Source: Neocallimastix sp. 'constans'
Taxonomy: Eukaryota
NCBI GenBank assembly: GCA_050613775.1
Contig: JBODTK010000107.1
Span: forward strand, 1 to 64,000
Length of the DNA: 64,000 nucleotides
Direction of reading: 5' to 3'
Shown here: positions 21,761-33,452 of the stretch, in pieces
Layout of the letters: the number at the start of each line of letters is the position of its first letter
Numbering within the stretch: position 1 is the first letter of the stretch
Made by a program: the position numbers and the translations under genes
Notes under the pieces: model-generated
Databases searched by the model: none
The model's input: the letters and a program-made list of their open reading frames with translations, nothing else
Told to the model about the DNA's origin: nothing

Positions 21761-21765
<5 letters not shown>
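16408..21765 (+). CDS. pol: Pol polyprotein (element B) with long Asn-rich linkers; -1 frame open from 16279
   Basis: FLDSCAS, RMCVDYR, YIDD, SDAS, ADALSR, HHCC, GLDLVG, TDNG, YIGPL. Confidence 0.97.
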
Positions 21766-21815
<50 letters not shown>

Positions 21816-21949
21816 GATATATATAAAAAATATAAAAAAAAAATATAAAAAAAATATTATAAAATATATAATAGTATTATTAGTTTAATAAATATTTTAA
21901 TATGCTTATAGACTTCAAGGGACGAAGTCTAAGCTAAGTGGGGGCATCT

Positions 21950-22563
21950 TGATGCATGTCCAGTAAAAATAATAGAAAATAATAGAAAAATTATTTAGAA
22001 AAATTATTAATATAAATATTTATTAAAAATTAATTTTATATAATGAATCTTAAAATATATTATTAATATATTATTAAAGATAATTTATTATTATTAATTA
22101 TTAAAATATTAAATTAAATAATAATATTAAAAATATTAAAAGAATTGTTGATAATATAGTAAAATTAGTTATATTAATTATAACGGAGATTGAATGTTTA
22201 ATTAAATTGATGTTAATATTAAAATAATTTTTAAATAATGTTAAACAATATGAATTAATAGTTATAAGTAAAAAGTTATGAATATTTATATTTATTAATT
22301 AATTTAGTGTTTCGATAAATAAAATTTATAAAATTAGTAAAAAATATAATTATGAAAATAATTTATAAATAAATATTTTCTTTTTTTTTAAGGAATAATA
22401 ATAAAACATGTATTTTTTTTATGATAAAATATAATAAATAAAATAATAAAAGATAAATAAATAAAAAGTAAATATAATTATTGTAATATAATATTCTTGG
22501 AGTAATTCCCTTTTGCACAAACGCCCAACTAACATATACGGTATTTAATAAAATATCGTATCA
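21950..22563 (+). repeat. 3' LTR of B
   Basis: Direct repeat of 13392-14006. Confidence 0.95.
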
Positions 22564-22568
22564 ACTGA

Positions 22569-23116
22569 TGATGCAGTATTTAAATAAAAAGAGAATATTA
22601 TCAAGAAATAAAATTAAATATAATAAATAATTAGTTAAATTATATATGTATATTATAATAATAAATAGTAATATAAAAATTATTAAATTTATTTAATTAG
22701 TTAATAGCCAATAGGATTTAATTTATAGTAAATTAGAAATTAGAAATATAAAAGAAAAATTATTATAATTCTTTAAAGAAAAGGGAGGTTTTTTTATTTA
22801 AAAAAAAAATAGAGATAAAATTGGTTAAAATAAATATATTTGGGGAATATATTTATTTATCAAAAATTTTAATAGTAATAAGTTAGTTAGAAATAAATAA
22901 TTAATAAGATCTTTAATAACATTTTATTATAAAATTTGTATTACGACATAAATAATTTAAATAAATAAATAAAACGACAAAACTATAATTTTTTTTTATA
23001 TTTTGTTTTAATATTAACGTGTATTGTAATTATATATTTTTATATTAGAATATATTTTTATTTAATACAATCTTGCTAACCACAAAAACATTGATACTTA
23101 TAAAAATAACGTATCA
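22569..23116 (+). repeat. 5' LTR of C
   Basis: TGATGCAG..GTATCA; roughly 8-9 differences from the 3' copy by eye. Confidence 0.95.
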
Positions 23117-23121
23117 AAATT

Positions 23122-23138
23122 TGGCGCCCAACGTGGGG
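23122..23138 (+). promoter_or_regulatory. Primer-binding site, tRNA-Lys(CUU) type (C)
   Basis: TGGCGCCCAACGTGGGG matches the classical tRNA-Lys1,2 PBS TGGCGCCCAACGTGGGGC. Confidence 0.92.
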
Positions 23139-23284
23139 GGAAAGCAAGATCAAATAAATTAATATGAAAATAATAAGAAAATTATAATTACAATATAATT
23201 ATCATAATAGAATACTTTTTTTTTATATATAATCTTTCATTTATTTTTTCTTTTTTTTTTATCAAGTAATTATTTTTTTTTACA

Positions 23285-24601
23285 ATGTTTGACGCTACTA
23301 AACTGCAAAGGAAGCTACCACATCTGGCTGATTATGGAAAAGATGTAGACAGCTGGATGACCGACTTTGTTAAGATAATGGAGCTTTATGATATAATGGA
23401 ACCAAGGCGAATTTTTATTTGGGTAAAGGAAGCTGTGGAAGAAGATATTCAAGGAGCGTTACAATCATTGGTAGTCAGACGAGGGGATGAAATGAGATAT
23501 CCCACATTTAAAGAAATTCAAAATACAATTGAAGAACATTTGCACATTACAGAAAATGATAAATGTGCAGTTCTCAAAACAATACAAATAAATCAAGAAG
23601 AATCAATTAAAAAGTTTAATTACAGATATAAAAAATTATATAATAAACTCAGTTTAGAATATAGAAGACTTATATCTGTAAAGGACTACACGAATGCTAT
23701 TAGCTCCCGTGTATTTCCATGCTCAAGAGTTATGGTTGCAGAATGTGATACAATAAATGAGGCGTGTAAAATTGCAGAAGTAGCTGAGGAGACTGAAAAA
23801 GAAATAGCAAATATAAATCAAAGAAATGAAATTAATAATATGAGGAATCATATTATGTTTACTCAGAATCAGCCGGATAATAGCTTACTAATGCGACATC
23901 CATTCTACGAAAACTTACAGTTAAATCAATTACCTATGAACCATAATAATAATATATTCCAGGAAAGAAATAATTGGAATTCTAAATCTAGATTATGGAA
24001 CAATAATAATAATTTCAGAAATTCAAATTATGTATATCACATGAGTAATCCATATAATAATCCAAATTATTACTTGAATAATAAAAATGATATTAATAAA
24101 ATGAACAATGGAAATTTTACAAATCGTTATAATAGTAGATTTAATTATAATAAATTTTGGCACAGTAATAATATTAATCAATATATGAATAATAATAACA
24201 AATATAATATGAACAATATGAATAATAATCAGCCATCCAATGAAATAAGAGACAATAAGATGAATCATTATTTAAACAATTTGAACAACAATATTAATAT
24301 AACAAATAATGATAAAGAACATGACAACCAAATGTTTAACAATAATAAATTTAATACAAATAATATGATTCAATCCTTTAATTATCAAAATGGAAATAAT
24401 CACAACAATGGGATAGAAAATAATAATGTCAGTAATACATTAGTAACTAATAAAAACTCAATTAACAACAATAATAACAACCATGTAAATTGTTACCGTT
24501 GCACAATGAATGGACATAGAGCTTCAGAATGTCCTTATACATTTAAGCAATTGGCTGAATTGGAAGAAAAAGGATTGCTCAATAAACATTTAAACCAATA
24601 G
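23285..24601 (+). CDS. gag: Gag (element C), 438 aa, Asn-rich
   Basis: CYRCTMNGHRASEC knuckle; TTTAAAC at 24589-24595. Confidence 0.94.
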   Translation: MFDATKLQRKLPHLADYGKDVDSWMTDFVKIMELYDIMEPRRIFIWVKEAVEEDIQGALQSLVVRRGDEMRYPTFKEIQNTIEEHLHITENDKCAVLKTIQINQEESIKKFNYRYKKLYNKLSLEYRRLISVKDYTNAISSRVFPCSRVMVAECDTINEACKIAEVAEETEKEIANINQRNEINNMRNHIMFTQNQPDNSLLMRHPFYENLQLNQLPMNHNNNIFQERNNWNSKSRLWNNNNNFRNSNYVYHMSNPYNNPNYYLNNKNDINKMNNGNFTNRYNSRFNYNKFWHSNNINQYMNNNNKYNMNNMNNNQPSNEIRDNKMNHYLNNLNNNINITNNDKEHDNQMFNNNKFNTNNMIQSFNYQNGNNHNNGIENNNVSNTLVTNKNSINNNNNNHVNCYRCTMNGHRASECPYTFKQLAELEEKGLLNKHLNQ

Positions 24602-24684
24602 ATGGGAGAAGGACAACTTCCATTAACCAAACCAATAAAATAATATTCAAAAATAATGACTCATATAATAATAATAATAAAACA

Positions 24685-27600
24685 ATGTTCAAAAATAATG
24701 ACTCATATAATAATAATAATAATAAAATAATGTTCAAAAATAACGACTCATATAATAATAATAATAATAAAATAATGTTCAAAAATAACGACTCATATAA
24801 TAATAATAATAATAATAATAATATAATGACAATGGTAGACGATCAAACAATATTACCTATAATTAATAATAATATTAAAGAAAAACAAAAATGTAATGAC
24901 CTTAATATAAACAATAATAGTAACACTACACAAAATACATTAAATAGACCAATTGAAATTATAGCAGCCGCTACTCGAAATTCAAGAAATAAATTAAACA
25001 AACATAATGAAAAGCCATACAATAGAAAGGAAGTGAGATTTAATTTAAAGGACAATCCAAAACCAATACAAACGGCAGCTATGAGTCATAATAATATTAA
25101 TAATAATACTAGTGATAATAAAATTAGTACTAATAATAGTATTAATAATAATTATAATAATAATATTAATAATAAAAATAATATCGATTATAGTAATACA
25201 AATGCTAATAATAATTATAATAATATTAATAATCATAAGAATAATAAGAATAATGAATATGAAAACAATAATAAGAATAATAATAATAAAATTAATCATA
25301 ATATAGACAATTATAACGATAATGCGAATAATGATAATAAAAATAATAATACTATAGATAATTATAATAGTAATAATGATTTTAATGAAAATAAGGAAAA
25401 TAATACTTACGACTATTTTAAAGAAAATACTGTCACCAATAATGATGATAATACTCATAACAATACAAGCAATACCCAAAGGGTTGAACGAGAAGATATA
25501 GAACCTAATGAAGATGTAATTATGATAGAAGAATCTGAAGATGATGAAGATAATGATGCTGATAAAGAAAATTATAACTCTAAAAATTATAATAATATTT
25601 TACCTGGTAGATCTAAGAATTTTAATAATATAATTAAGGAAAACCCGGATATGATCTCTAATAGTGAAAATCGTAAAACAGAAAAACTAGAATATCTTGA
25701 TCCTTCCTTTATAACAGAGAAAAATATTCGAAATGTTAAAGGTAAAAATAGGGAAGAAAAAATCAAAGATATAAAAAATAAAGCTAAGAAAATAAATACC
25801 GACATTGAGCAAAGTGAAACTTCTTTTAAGAAACCTGAAAAACACATCAAACTTATGGAAAAATTTGGTGATTATTATATTCAAGATTTAATAAAAGAAA
25901 TTGCATCAACTGATGTAATAACAAAATTAGTTTACCTTTTAGATCTTTTTCCAAAATTCCGTACAGAATTTTTAAAAGCTTTAAAATTAGCGCCTAAACA
26001 AACAATAACAAATGTGATGACGGTTATCACAAAACATAAAATAATTAAAGTTTGCGGTAAAGTAGAAAATAATGACTGTGAAATATTTTTAGATACGTGT
26101 GCTAGTGTCAACTTTATCACACGTTCTGCTTTAAATAAATTAAAAATCAACAAACCTTCTATTGGTAGAATTTCTGAAACAATATTTCAAGCGTACTCTA
26201 ATTCTTCAACAGAGAGTGATATCTATGACTTACAGATTTCTATTGGTAGTAAAACTTTTAATGAATATTTCAGAGTAATAGAAAAGGATGATATTTTCGA
26301 TATCTTAATTGGTGTTGATTCTCTAAAGAATAATAGATTTGATATTAACTTAGTAGATGATACTTTATATTATATTGATGAAAATAATAATTACATTAAA
26401 CTAGCAGATCTATTTTATGATATCAATCTTAATAATACTTACAAGGATGATGAGGATATAGAAAAACATCAAAATACAAAATCTGAACCTTTTTTATTAA
26501 CAATTACAGTTACCAATGATAAAGAAATTACGAACACTAATGAATTACCTAACACGAAAGAACATTTAATTAACGAAATAATATCTTCTGTTCCTAATAA
26601 ATTTAAAAATAAAATTAGTAAATTATTTTTTAAATTTAAAAATGTAGTTGCAATTAAAACAGATGATTTAGGAAGGTCAAAATTATTACCTCACAGGATT
26701 GAATTAATTCCAAAATCTTCACCCATAAAGTTAAAAGCTTACCGTTTATCCAAAGCGCAAACAAAAGCTCTAAAGGAAATTTTGATTAAGCTAATAGAAA
26801 ACAAACTAATAGAGCCATCCTACTCTTCATGGGCATTTCCAGTAGTACTAGTTCCAAAGAAAAACGGCGACTGGAGAATGTGTGTCGACTTTAGGGCTTT
26901 AAACAATATAACTATTAAGGATTCCTATGCTTTGCCCTTAATTGATGACATATTAATGTTTATTGGAAAGAACGCTAAAATACTCTCTACTATTGATCTT
27001 TTTTCTGGTTATCATCAGGTTCCAATGAATCCTGATGATAAAGATAAAACAACATTCACAACGATGTTTGGAAACTATAAATTTTGTGTGATGCCGTTTG
27101 GGCTATGTAATGCACCGGCTACATTTCAACGTGAAATGAACCGGATTTTTTTTGACTTGATTGGAGTATGCTTATTTGTTTACATTGACGATTTAGTAAT
27201 ATTTTCTGACTCAATTGAATCACACATTACTCATCTTACTAAAGTATTCCAAATCCTAGCAGACAATGGTTTGAAAATAAACTTAGAAAAATGTTCTTTT
27301 TTCAAAGAAGAAGTAGTCCTTCTTGGTCATGTATTATCCACAAAAGGTATTGCCCCGATTCCTGATAAGATTAAAGTTATAATTAACTGGCTACCCCCTA
27401 AAAATATCACTCAACTTAAATCATTTTTGGGAGCTGTTGGTTATTATCGGAAATTTATTAAAAATTTTGCTCAGATTGCAAATCCTCTGTTTAACCTCTT
27501 AAAGAAAGATGTACCGTATGAATGGTCCGAAAAGTGCAACATAGCCTTTGAAAAATTAAAAATGTCACTAACGGTTGCCCCTATCTTAACTCCTCCTGAT

Positions 27601-29229
27601 TATTCTAAACCATTTATTATCCGAACAGATGCTTCCAGAGATGGACTTGGTGGAGTACTTCTCCAAACAAATGAAAATTCAATTGAAATCCCCATATATT
27701 TTGAAAGTAGAACTCTTTCCGCTGCTGAATCTAATTATAATGTTACTGATTTAGAAGGCAAAGCAATATTTCATTGTGTTAAAAAATTTAAACCCTATTT
27801 TAGTGGAAGCCCTTTTACCACTATCGTTTATACAGACCATAAACCCTTGGTTAGTATATTTGCTAATAGAGAGCCTTCAAATAATCGCCACCTTAAATGG
27901 GTTACTGAACTATCAATATTAAATGTTCAAGTCCAATTTCAAGAGGGGAAGAAGAACGTTATTGCTGACGCTTTATCTAGGTTACCTACAAAAGAAATAC
28001 ATGAAAATAAAGAAATATTAAATGCATTAGTAAACAATGATGTTTTATCCAATAATAGCAATGATAGTATAAATAAATTTATGAATGAATTTATAAATAA
28101 GAGAATTATAAATATTGATGGTGTGGAATATCTTAAACAAGGAGAACAACTGAGAAGAATAGTTCACAACAAAGAAGAGAAGCAAAAATTAATCGAAGAA
28201 GCCCATGGTCTAGGCCATGAAGGAGCTTATAAAACTTATAGCAGACTGAAGAGGGATTACTACTGGGGAAATATGAAAAAAGATATACAAATACTAATAA
28301 AATGTTGTCACAAGTGTCAAACTTGTCGACCACAAAAATTAAATAAATATACCGAAAATATTGCAACTGTACCTGAATATCCTTTCTCAAGAGTTGGGTT
28401 GGATCTAATAGGACCGTTACCTATAACAAATAAAGGTAATAGATATATAATTGTATTAGTAGATTATCTTACCAAATGGGTGGAAGCAGAACCCTTACAA
28501 TCTGCCGAATCTCAAGATGTAATAAATTTTCTCAAGAAAATATTTGCACGACATGGTGTTCCTGAAATTTTAGTTACTGACAATGGTCCACAGTTTACTT
28601 CCGATAAGACAAAAGCATTTTTGGACCTTAACGACATTTATGTAAATTATGTAGCAACCTATCACCCCTCGTCTAATGGAGAAGTAGAAAACAGAAATAG
28701 GGAAATAGGTAAGTATCTCAGGTTACTCGGAGAAGAGGATTCGCAGTGGGACGAAACACTTTATAGTGCTCTTTGGGCTTTAAGAACGTGCAAGAATGAA
28801 GTTACGAAACACAGCAGCTTTGAATTGTTGTATGGTCGGAGAGACTTACAACCATTCGAACTCACTGTTAATGTCGAATCCAAAAATGACTGGGAAGACG
28901 AAGAAGAATTTTGGCTGAGGAAATTTATTAACCATGACCGTTGGATCCGTGAAGCAATAAAGAACATTGAAACAGCAAACAAGTTGTGGGAAGATCGTAG
29001 AAAACAAATAAAAAGAATGAGAGCAAAGTATAAGCCAGGTGATCTTGTTTTGGTCAAATTGTTCAACAGAAAGAAGCTGGATCCGTTTTTCACAGGCCCA
29101 CTAAAGATCGTAAAACAAGAGTTCAATACAGTAACAGTTTGCGATCCAGTAACTGGGGAAGTTGCTGATAGGAACATTCATTTAAAAAATATTATTCCAT
29201 ATTTCACAGAATTGAATTTAGAAGAATAA
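24685..29229 (+). CDS. pol: Pol polyprotein (element C); -1 frame open from 24589
   Basis: FLDTCAS, RMCVDFR, YIDD, TDAS, ADALSR, HHCC, TDNG; N-terminal repeated FKNNDSYNNNN units. Confidence 0.97.
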   Translation: MFKNNDSYNNNNNKIMFKNNDSYNNNNNKIMFKNNDSYNNNNNNNNIMTMVDDQTILPIINNNIKEKQKCNDLNINNNSNTTQNTLNRPIEIIAAATRNSRNKLNKHNEKPYNRKEVRFNLKDNPKPIQTAAMSHNNINNNTSDNKISTNNSINNNYNNNINNKNNIDYSNTNANNNYNNINNHKNNKNNEYENNNKNNNNKINHNIDNYNDNANNDNKNNNTIDNYNSNNDFNENKENNTYDYFKENTVTNNDDNTHNNTSNTQRVEREDIEPNEDVIMIEESEDDEDNDADKENYNSKNYNNILPGRSKNFNNIIKENPDMISNSENRKTEKLEYLDPSFITEKNIRNVKGKNREEKIKDIKNKAKKINTDIEQSETSFKKPEKHIKLMEKFGDYYIQDLIKEIASTDVITKLVYLLDLFPKFRTEFLKALKLAPKQTITNVMTVITKHKIIKVCGKVENNDCEIFLDTCASVNFITRSALNKLKINKPSIGRISETIFQAYSNSSTESDIYDLQISIGSKTFNEYFRVIEKDDIFDILIGVDSLKNNRFDINLVDDTLYYIDENNNYIKLADLFYDINLNNTYKDDEDIEKHQNTKSEPFLLTITVTNDKEITNTNELPNTKEHLINEIISSVPNKFKNKISKLFFKFKNVVAIKTDDLGRSKLLPHRIELIPKSSPIKLKAYRLSKAQTKALKEILIKLIENKLIEPSYSSWAFPVVLVPKKNGDWRMCVDFRALNNITIKDSYALPLIDDILMFIGKNAKILSTIDLFSGYHQVPMNPDDKDKTTFTTMFGNYKFCVMPFGLCNAPATFQREMNRIFFDLIGVCLFVYIDDLVIFSDSIESHITHLTKVFQILADNGLKINLEKCSFFKEEVVLLGHVLSTKGIAPIPDKIKVIINWLPPKNITQLKSFLGAVGYYRKFIKNFAQIANPLFNLLKKDVPYEWSEKCNIAFEKLKMSLTVAPILTPPDYSKPFIIRTDASRDGLGGVLLQTNENSIEIPIYFESRTLSAAESNYNVTDLEGKAIFHCVKKFKPYFSGSPFTTIVYTDHKPLVSIFANREPSNNRHLKWVTELSILNVQVQFQEGKKNVIADALSRLPTKEIHENKEILNALVNNDVLSNNSNDSINKFMNEFINKRIINIDGVEYLKQGEQLRRIVHNKEEKQKLIEEAHGLGHEGAYKTYSRLKRDYYWGNMKKDIQILIKCCHKCQTCRPQKLNKYTENIATVPEYPFSRVGLDLIGPLPITNKGNRYIIVLVDYLTKWVEAEPLQSAESQDVINFLKKIFARHGVPEILVTDNGPQFTSDKTKAFLDLNDIYVNYVATYHPSSNGEVENRNREIGKYLRLLGEEDSQWDETLYSALWALRTCKNEVTKHSSFELLYGRRDLQPFELTVNVESKNDWEDEEEFWLRKFINHDRWIREAIKNIETANKLWEDRRKQIKRMRAKYKPGDLVLVKLFNRKKLDPFFTGPLKIVKQEFNTVTVCDPVTGEVADRNIHLKNIIPYFTELNLEE

Positions 29230-29273
29230 GGATACATATATATATACAAAAAAAAAAAAAAAAAAATTAACAG

Positions 29274-29307
<34 letters not shown>

Positions 29308-29442
29308 AATAATTAAATTATATTGAAACTTCAAAACCTCAAAATTGAAATTTCAAAATCTGAATTTAAAACTTATAATTTTGAAATTTATTTTATTCAT
29401 TACTTAACATTTGATAAATTTTATCTCAAAAAAAATAAAAAA

Positions 29443-29480
<38 letters not shown>

Positions 29481-29531
29481 AAAAAAAAAAAAAAATAAAA
29501 AAAAAAAAAAAAAATAAAAAAAAAAAAAAAA

Positions 29532-29578
<47 letters not shown>

Positions 29579-29699
29579 ATAATAATAATAATAATAATAA
29601 TTATATATAAGAACTGATTATATTAGATATAATAATAAAATATATAAACATAGATAGTATAGATAGTATAATTAACTATAATATAGACAATATAACGTA

Positions 29700-29960
29700 A
29701 TAGATAGTATAATAATATAAATATTATATATTGAGTAAAATAATAAAATATTGATAATATAACAAATAGATAGTATAATAATATAAATATTATATATTGA
29801 GTAAAATAATAAAATATTGATAATATAACAAATAGATAGTATAATAATATAAATATTATATATTGAGTAAAATAATAAAATATAGATGAAATAACAAAAA
29901 GATAGTATAATAATATATATTATTAACTAAAATAACAAAATAGATAGTATTATAATATAA
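29700..29960 (+). repeat. 66-bp tandem repeat in the 3' UTR of C
   Basis: TAGATAGTATAATAATATAAATATTATATATTGAG.. starts at 29701, 29767 and 29833, then degenerates. Confidence 0.85.
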
Positions 29961-30389
29961 AATAATATGAATGTTATAGATAGATATAATAATATAATAA
30001 TATACAAAAATAATAATAGTATATATTTTAAAACCATAGGTTCAACACTAAATTAAGACATTGATTCAAAAGATTATTTTATTTTTTTTAATTATAATTT
30101 TATTTGGATAATAATGATTATAATACATATTAATGATAATTAAAAAAATACATGGCGAAAAGAAAATAATGTGAACATAATGAGATTTGACAAAGAAATT
30201 TGACGTTATAAATTCTAAATTATACGATATTTCCAAATATATATATATATTTATATAACAAATGGTAATAATGAAATTAAATCAATTAATAAAAATAATA
30301 ATTGAATGTAATTATCAATTTAAATATGTAATCATCAATTTAAATATATTATAATAATAATAATAATAATAATAACATAATATACATAC

Positions 30390-30439
<50 letters not shown>

Positions 30440-30596
30440 CCATGAATAAGACATTTACATTGATAAACTTCACATGTTCAATGAATTAATAATTGACCAA
30501 TAAAATAATAATAATTCATATAAAATTTTTTTTTGAACAAAGATTAATTTAAATTAAAAAAAAAAAAAAAAAAAAAAAACTAGCAAATTTAAATGG

Positions 30597-30642
<46 letters not shown>

Positions 30643-30683
30643 AGGACTTCAAGGGACGAAGTCTAGGCTAAGCGGGGGCGTCT

Positions 30684-31228
30684 TGATGCAGTATTTAAAT
30701 AAAAAGAGAATATTATCAAGAAATAAAATTAAATATAATAAATAATTAGTTAAATTATATATGTATATTATAATAATAAATAGTAATATAAAAATTATTA
30801 AATTTATTTAATTAGTTAATAGCCAATAGGATTTAATTTATAGTAAATTAGAAATTAGAAATATAAAAGAAAAATTATTATAATTCTTTAAAGAGAAGGA
30901 GGTTTTTTTATTTGGAAAAAAATAGAGATAAAATTGGTTAAAATAAATATATTTGGGGAATATATTTATTTATCAAAAATTTTAATAGTAATAAGTTAGT
31001 TAGAAATAAATAATTAATAAGATCTTTAATAACATTTTATTATACAATTTGTATTACGACATAAATAATTTAAATAAATAAATAAAACGACAAAACTATA
31101 ATTTTTTTTATATTTTGTTTTAATATTAACGTGTATTGTAATTATATATTTTTATATTAGAATATATTTTTATTTAATACAATCTTGCTAACCACAAAAA
31201 CATTGATACTTATAGAAATAACGTATCA
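30684..31228 (+). repeat. 3' LTR of C
   Basis: Follows GGGGGCGTCT; direct repeat of 22569-23116. Confidence 0.95.
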
Positions 31229-31232
31229 CTGA

Positions 31233-32072
31233 TGGTAAAGAACGAACATATAATGGATTATTAATTAGAATTTCAACTTACTTTAGAATCCATTATATTA
31301 TTCTTTACTTAATATTACTTTACTATATTTTCTATACTAAAATATTTTCTAAATATATTTATTTTTTTTATATTTTTATTAAAAGTTTCTAAAATATTAT
31401 CAATAATTTTATATTTTTATTATTAATATCAATATCTATAATTTAACCTTAAATTTTATTATTTTATTAAAGTGTTTATTATCAATATTAATATTTTATT
31501 TTTATTTTCAAATATATTATTATATTATTATTATATTGTATCAATATTAAACTTGTATTCTTTTTAGTATTTTATTTTATTTTTAAATTGATTATTTTAT
31601 ATTTTTATTCCCCACAAATAAAATCAAATCTTAATTGATTAATAATAAATATTAAATATATTATAGTTTTTAAATTTATTTTATATAAAATATAAGAATA
31701 TTATATTAACATTCTTGATTAAAATAACTTTATTTTTCTGTAAAATCTTTTTAAATTTTGTTTGTTACTTTTCGTATATATTAAATAATTTAGTTTTAGT
31801 ATATGAAAAATAATATAAAATTATGTAAACAAAATTTATTAAAATAAAAATACTTATGAATTAGTTAATTTAAATTAATATAAAATTTTAAGTAATTAGT
31901 AATAGTAAATATTTTTTTTTAAATATGATAATAAAATGTAGAAAGGCTTTACATATTTATTTTTTTTCAAAAAGTATAAATAAGTGAAGTTTTTCAATAA
32001 TTAAAATGTGGACAGAAAAAATATTAAAAATAAATAATTAAATAAAATTCTAATAAAACCCGAACCATAACA
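31233..32072 (+). mobile_element. Solo LTR E (A/D-like family), TSD CTGA
   Basis: TGGTAAAG..CCATAACA flanked by CTGA on both sides. AGGCTTTACA..AAAAGTATAAATA and the GAACCATA.CA end resemble the A and D LTRs. Confidence 0.85.
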
Positions 32073-32479
32073 CTGAAGATTTCGTTACAATATTAATATT
32101 TTATAATAGTTTTATATCAATATTTTATAATAGTTTTATATCAATATTTTATAATAGTTTTATATTAATAATATTTTGATATTAATATTCTATAATAGTT
32201 TTATATTAAAATCTTGTAATAATTTATATTAAAATTATATATTAATTTGTATTAATGATTTATAATAATTTTATATATAAATTTGAAACCAATTAAATTA
32301 AAATTTTTAATACTAACAAATCAAATTGATAGAATATCAAATATTTAAGAAATTATGAAAATAAAATAATTAAAAACTCTCTTTCAAAAATAAAAAATTA
32401 TTTAATAAAGATAAATAAATATAATCGAATATATTATTACTATAATAAATTTTAATAATTACCTGTGTTGTCCCATACA

Positions 32480-33264
32480 TAATACAGAATGAACAAATAA
32501 TACTAATTGTGCTAGAATAATATAAATTATTCTAACCTTATAGATTATTCTATTCTATATAATTGGAACTTTCCAATATTCTTCAAATATTACTAAATAG
32601 AAATCTTAAGTTAATAAATCACTAATTAACTTATAATTCTTTTTTGAATTATCGATCCGATTCCATTATAATGTATTAAAAATCTTTAGCCAAGAATATT
32701 GTCCTTGCCCACTTAATATATTAATATTATATTTCTTTTGTATTATGTTATATTGAAAATAATCAAATCTATTTAATTAGTTATTAAAATTTTCGTTATC
32801 AATTTAAATTTATTTTTAATTACTAAATTTAACTAAACCACAATAAAATATTCTGTATAATCTCTTTATTTTTATTTTATATATATTAGTATTAAACTAT
32901 TATTAAATAATTAATAATTCAATAATATATAACTACTATTTATAACAATAATATTATTAACTAAAATAATAATTCAATTTCAATTTAAATGTTTTATTTA
33001 TAAAAATAATTAGTAATTAGTTTATTAAAAAAATAGTTAGGCTTTACAAATTTTAATTTGATAAAAAAATATAAATACATGTAATTTTTAGTGAAATAAA
33101 AAATAATCAATAACTTACTTTTATTAAATAAATAATTATATTATTATTTTTCTTTTATAAATTTAAATAAATAAACATTGATTTTAAAACAAAATTATTT
33201 TTATTGTAATTTTATTATTTGTGTTAATTATTATTATATTCCTAAAACTATATGAACCATACCA
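32480..33264 (+). repeat. 5' LTR of D
   Basis: TAATACAG..CATACCA; repeat of 39321-40105. Confidence 0.93.
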
Positions 33265-33272
33265 TGAAAAAT

Positions 33273-33292
33273 TGGTGGAGATATCGGGGAAT
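33273..33292 (+). promoter_or_regulatory. Primer-binding site, tRNA-Ala type (D)
   Basis: TGGTGGAGATATCGGGGAAT, same as A2. Confidence 0.85.
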
Positions 33293-33452
33293 CTAATAAT
33301 AAATTAATACATTGGGGATAAAATTATAATATTAATAAATAATTTTTCTAATAAAACAAATATTTTTTTTAAAAAAGAAAACAATTTTTATATTTTTAAC
33401 TAATTATTATTAATTGTTAAAAATATTAATTAATATTAAATTAAACTAATAT

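Larger units (their letters stand above)
13392..22563 (+). mobile_element. Full-length Ty3/gypsy element, family B
   Basis: LTRs 13392-14006 and 21950-22563 (TGATGCATG..GTATCA), PBS at 14011, gag, pol, hairpin GACTTC..GAAGTC and GGGGGCATCT before the 3' LTR. Confidence 0.97.
22569..31228 (+). mobile_element. Full-length Ty3/gypsy element, family C (sister of B), TSD CTGA
   Basis: LTRs 22569-23116 and 30684-31228, tRNA-Lys PBS, gag, pol, ~1.45-kb 3' UTR; CTGA at 22565-22568 and 31229-31232. Confidence 0.97.

Noticed and set aside
32077..32475. Another solo LTR or a Pol III target gene between E and D
   Set aside because: No TG start after the CTGA TSD, no matching TSD and no A/B boxes; only short ~23-bp AT repeats. 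Treated as host flank.
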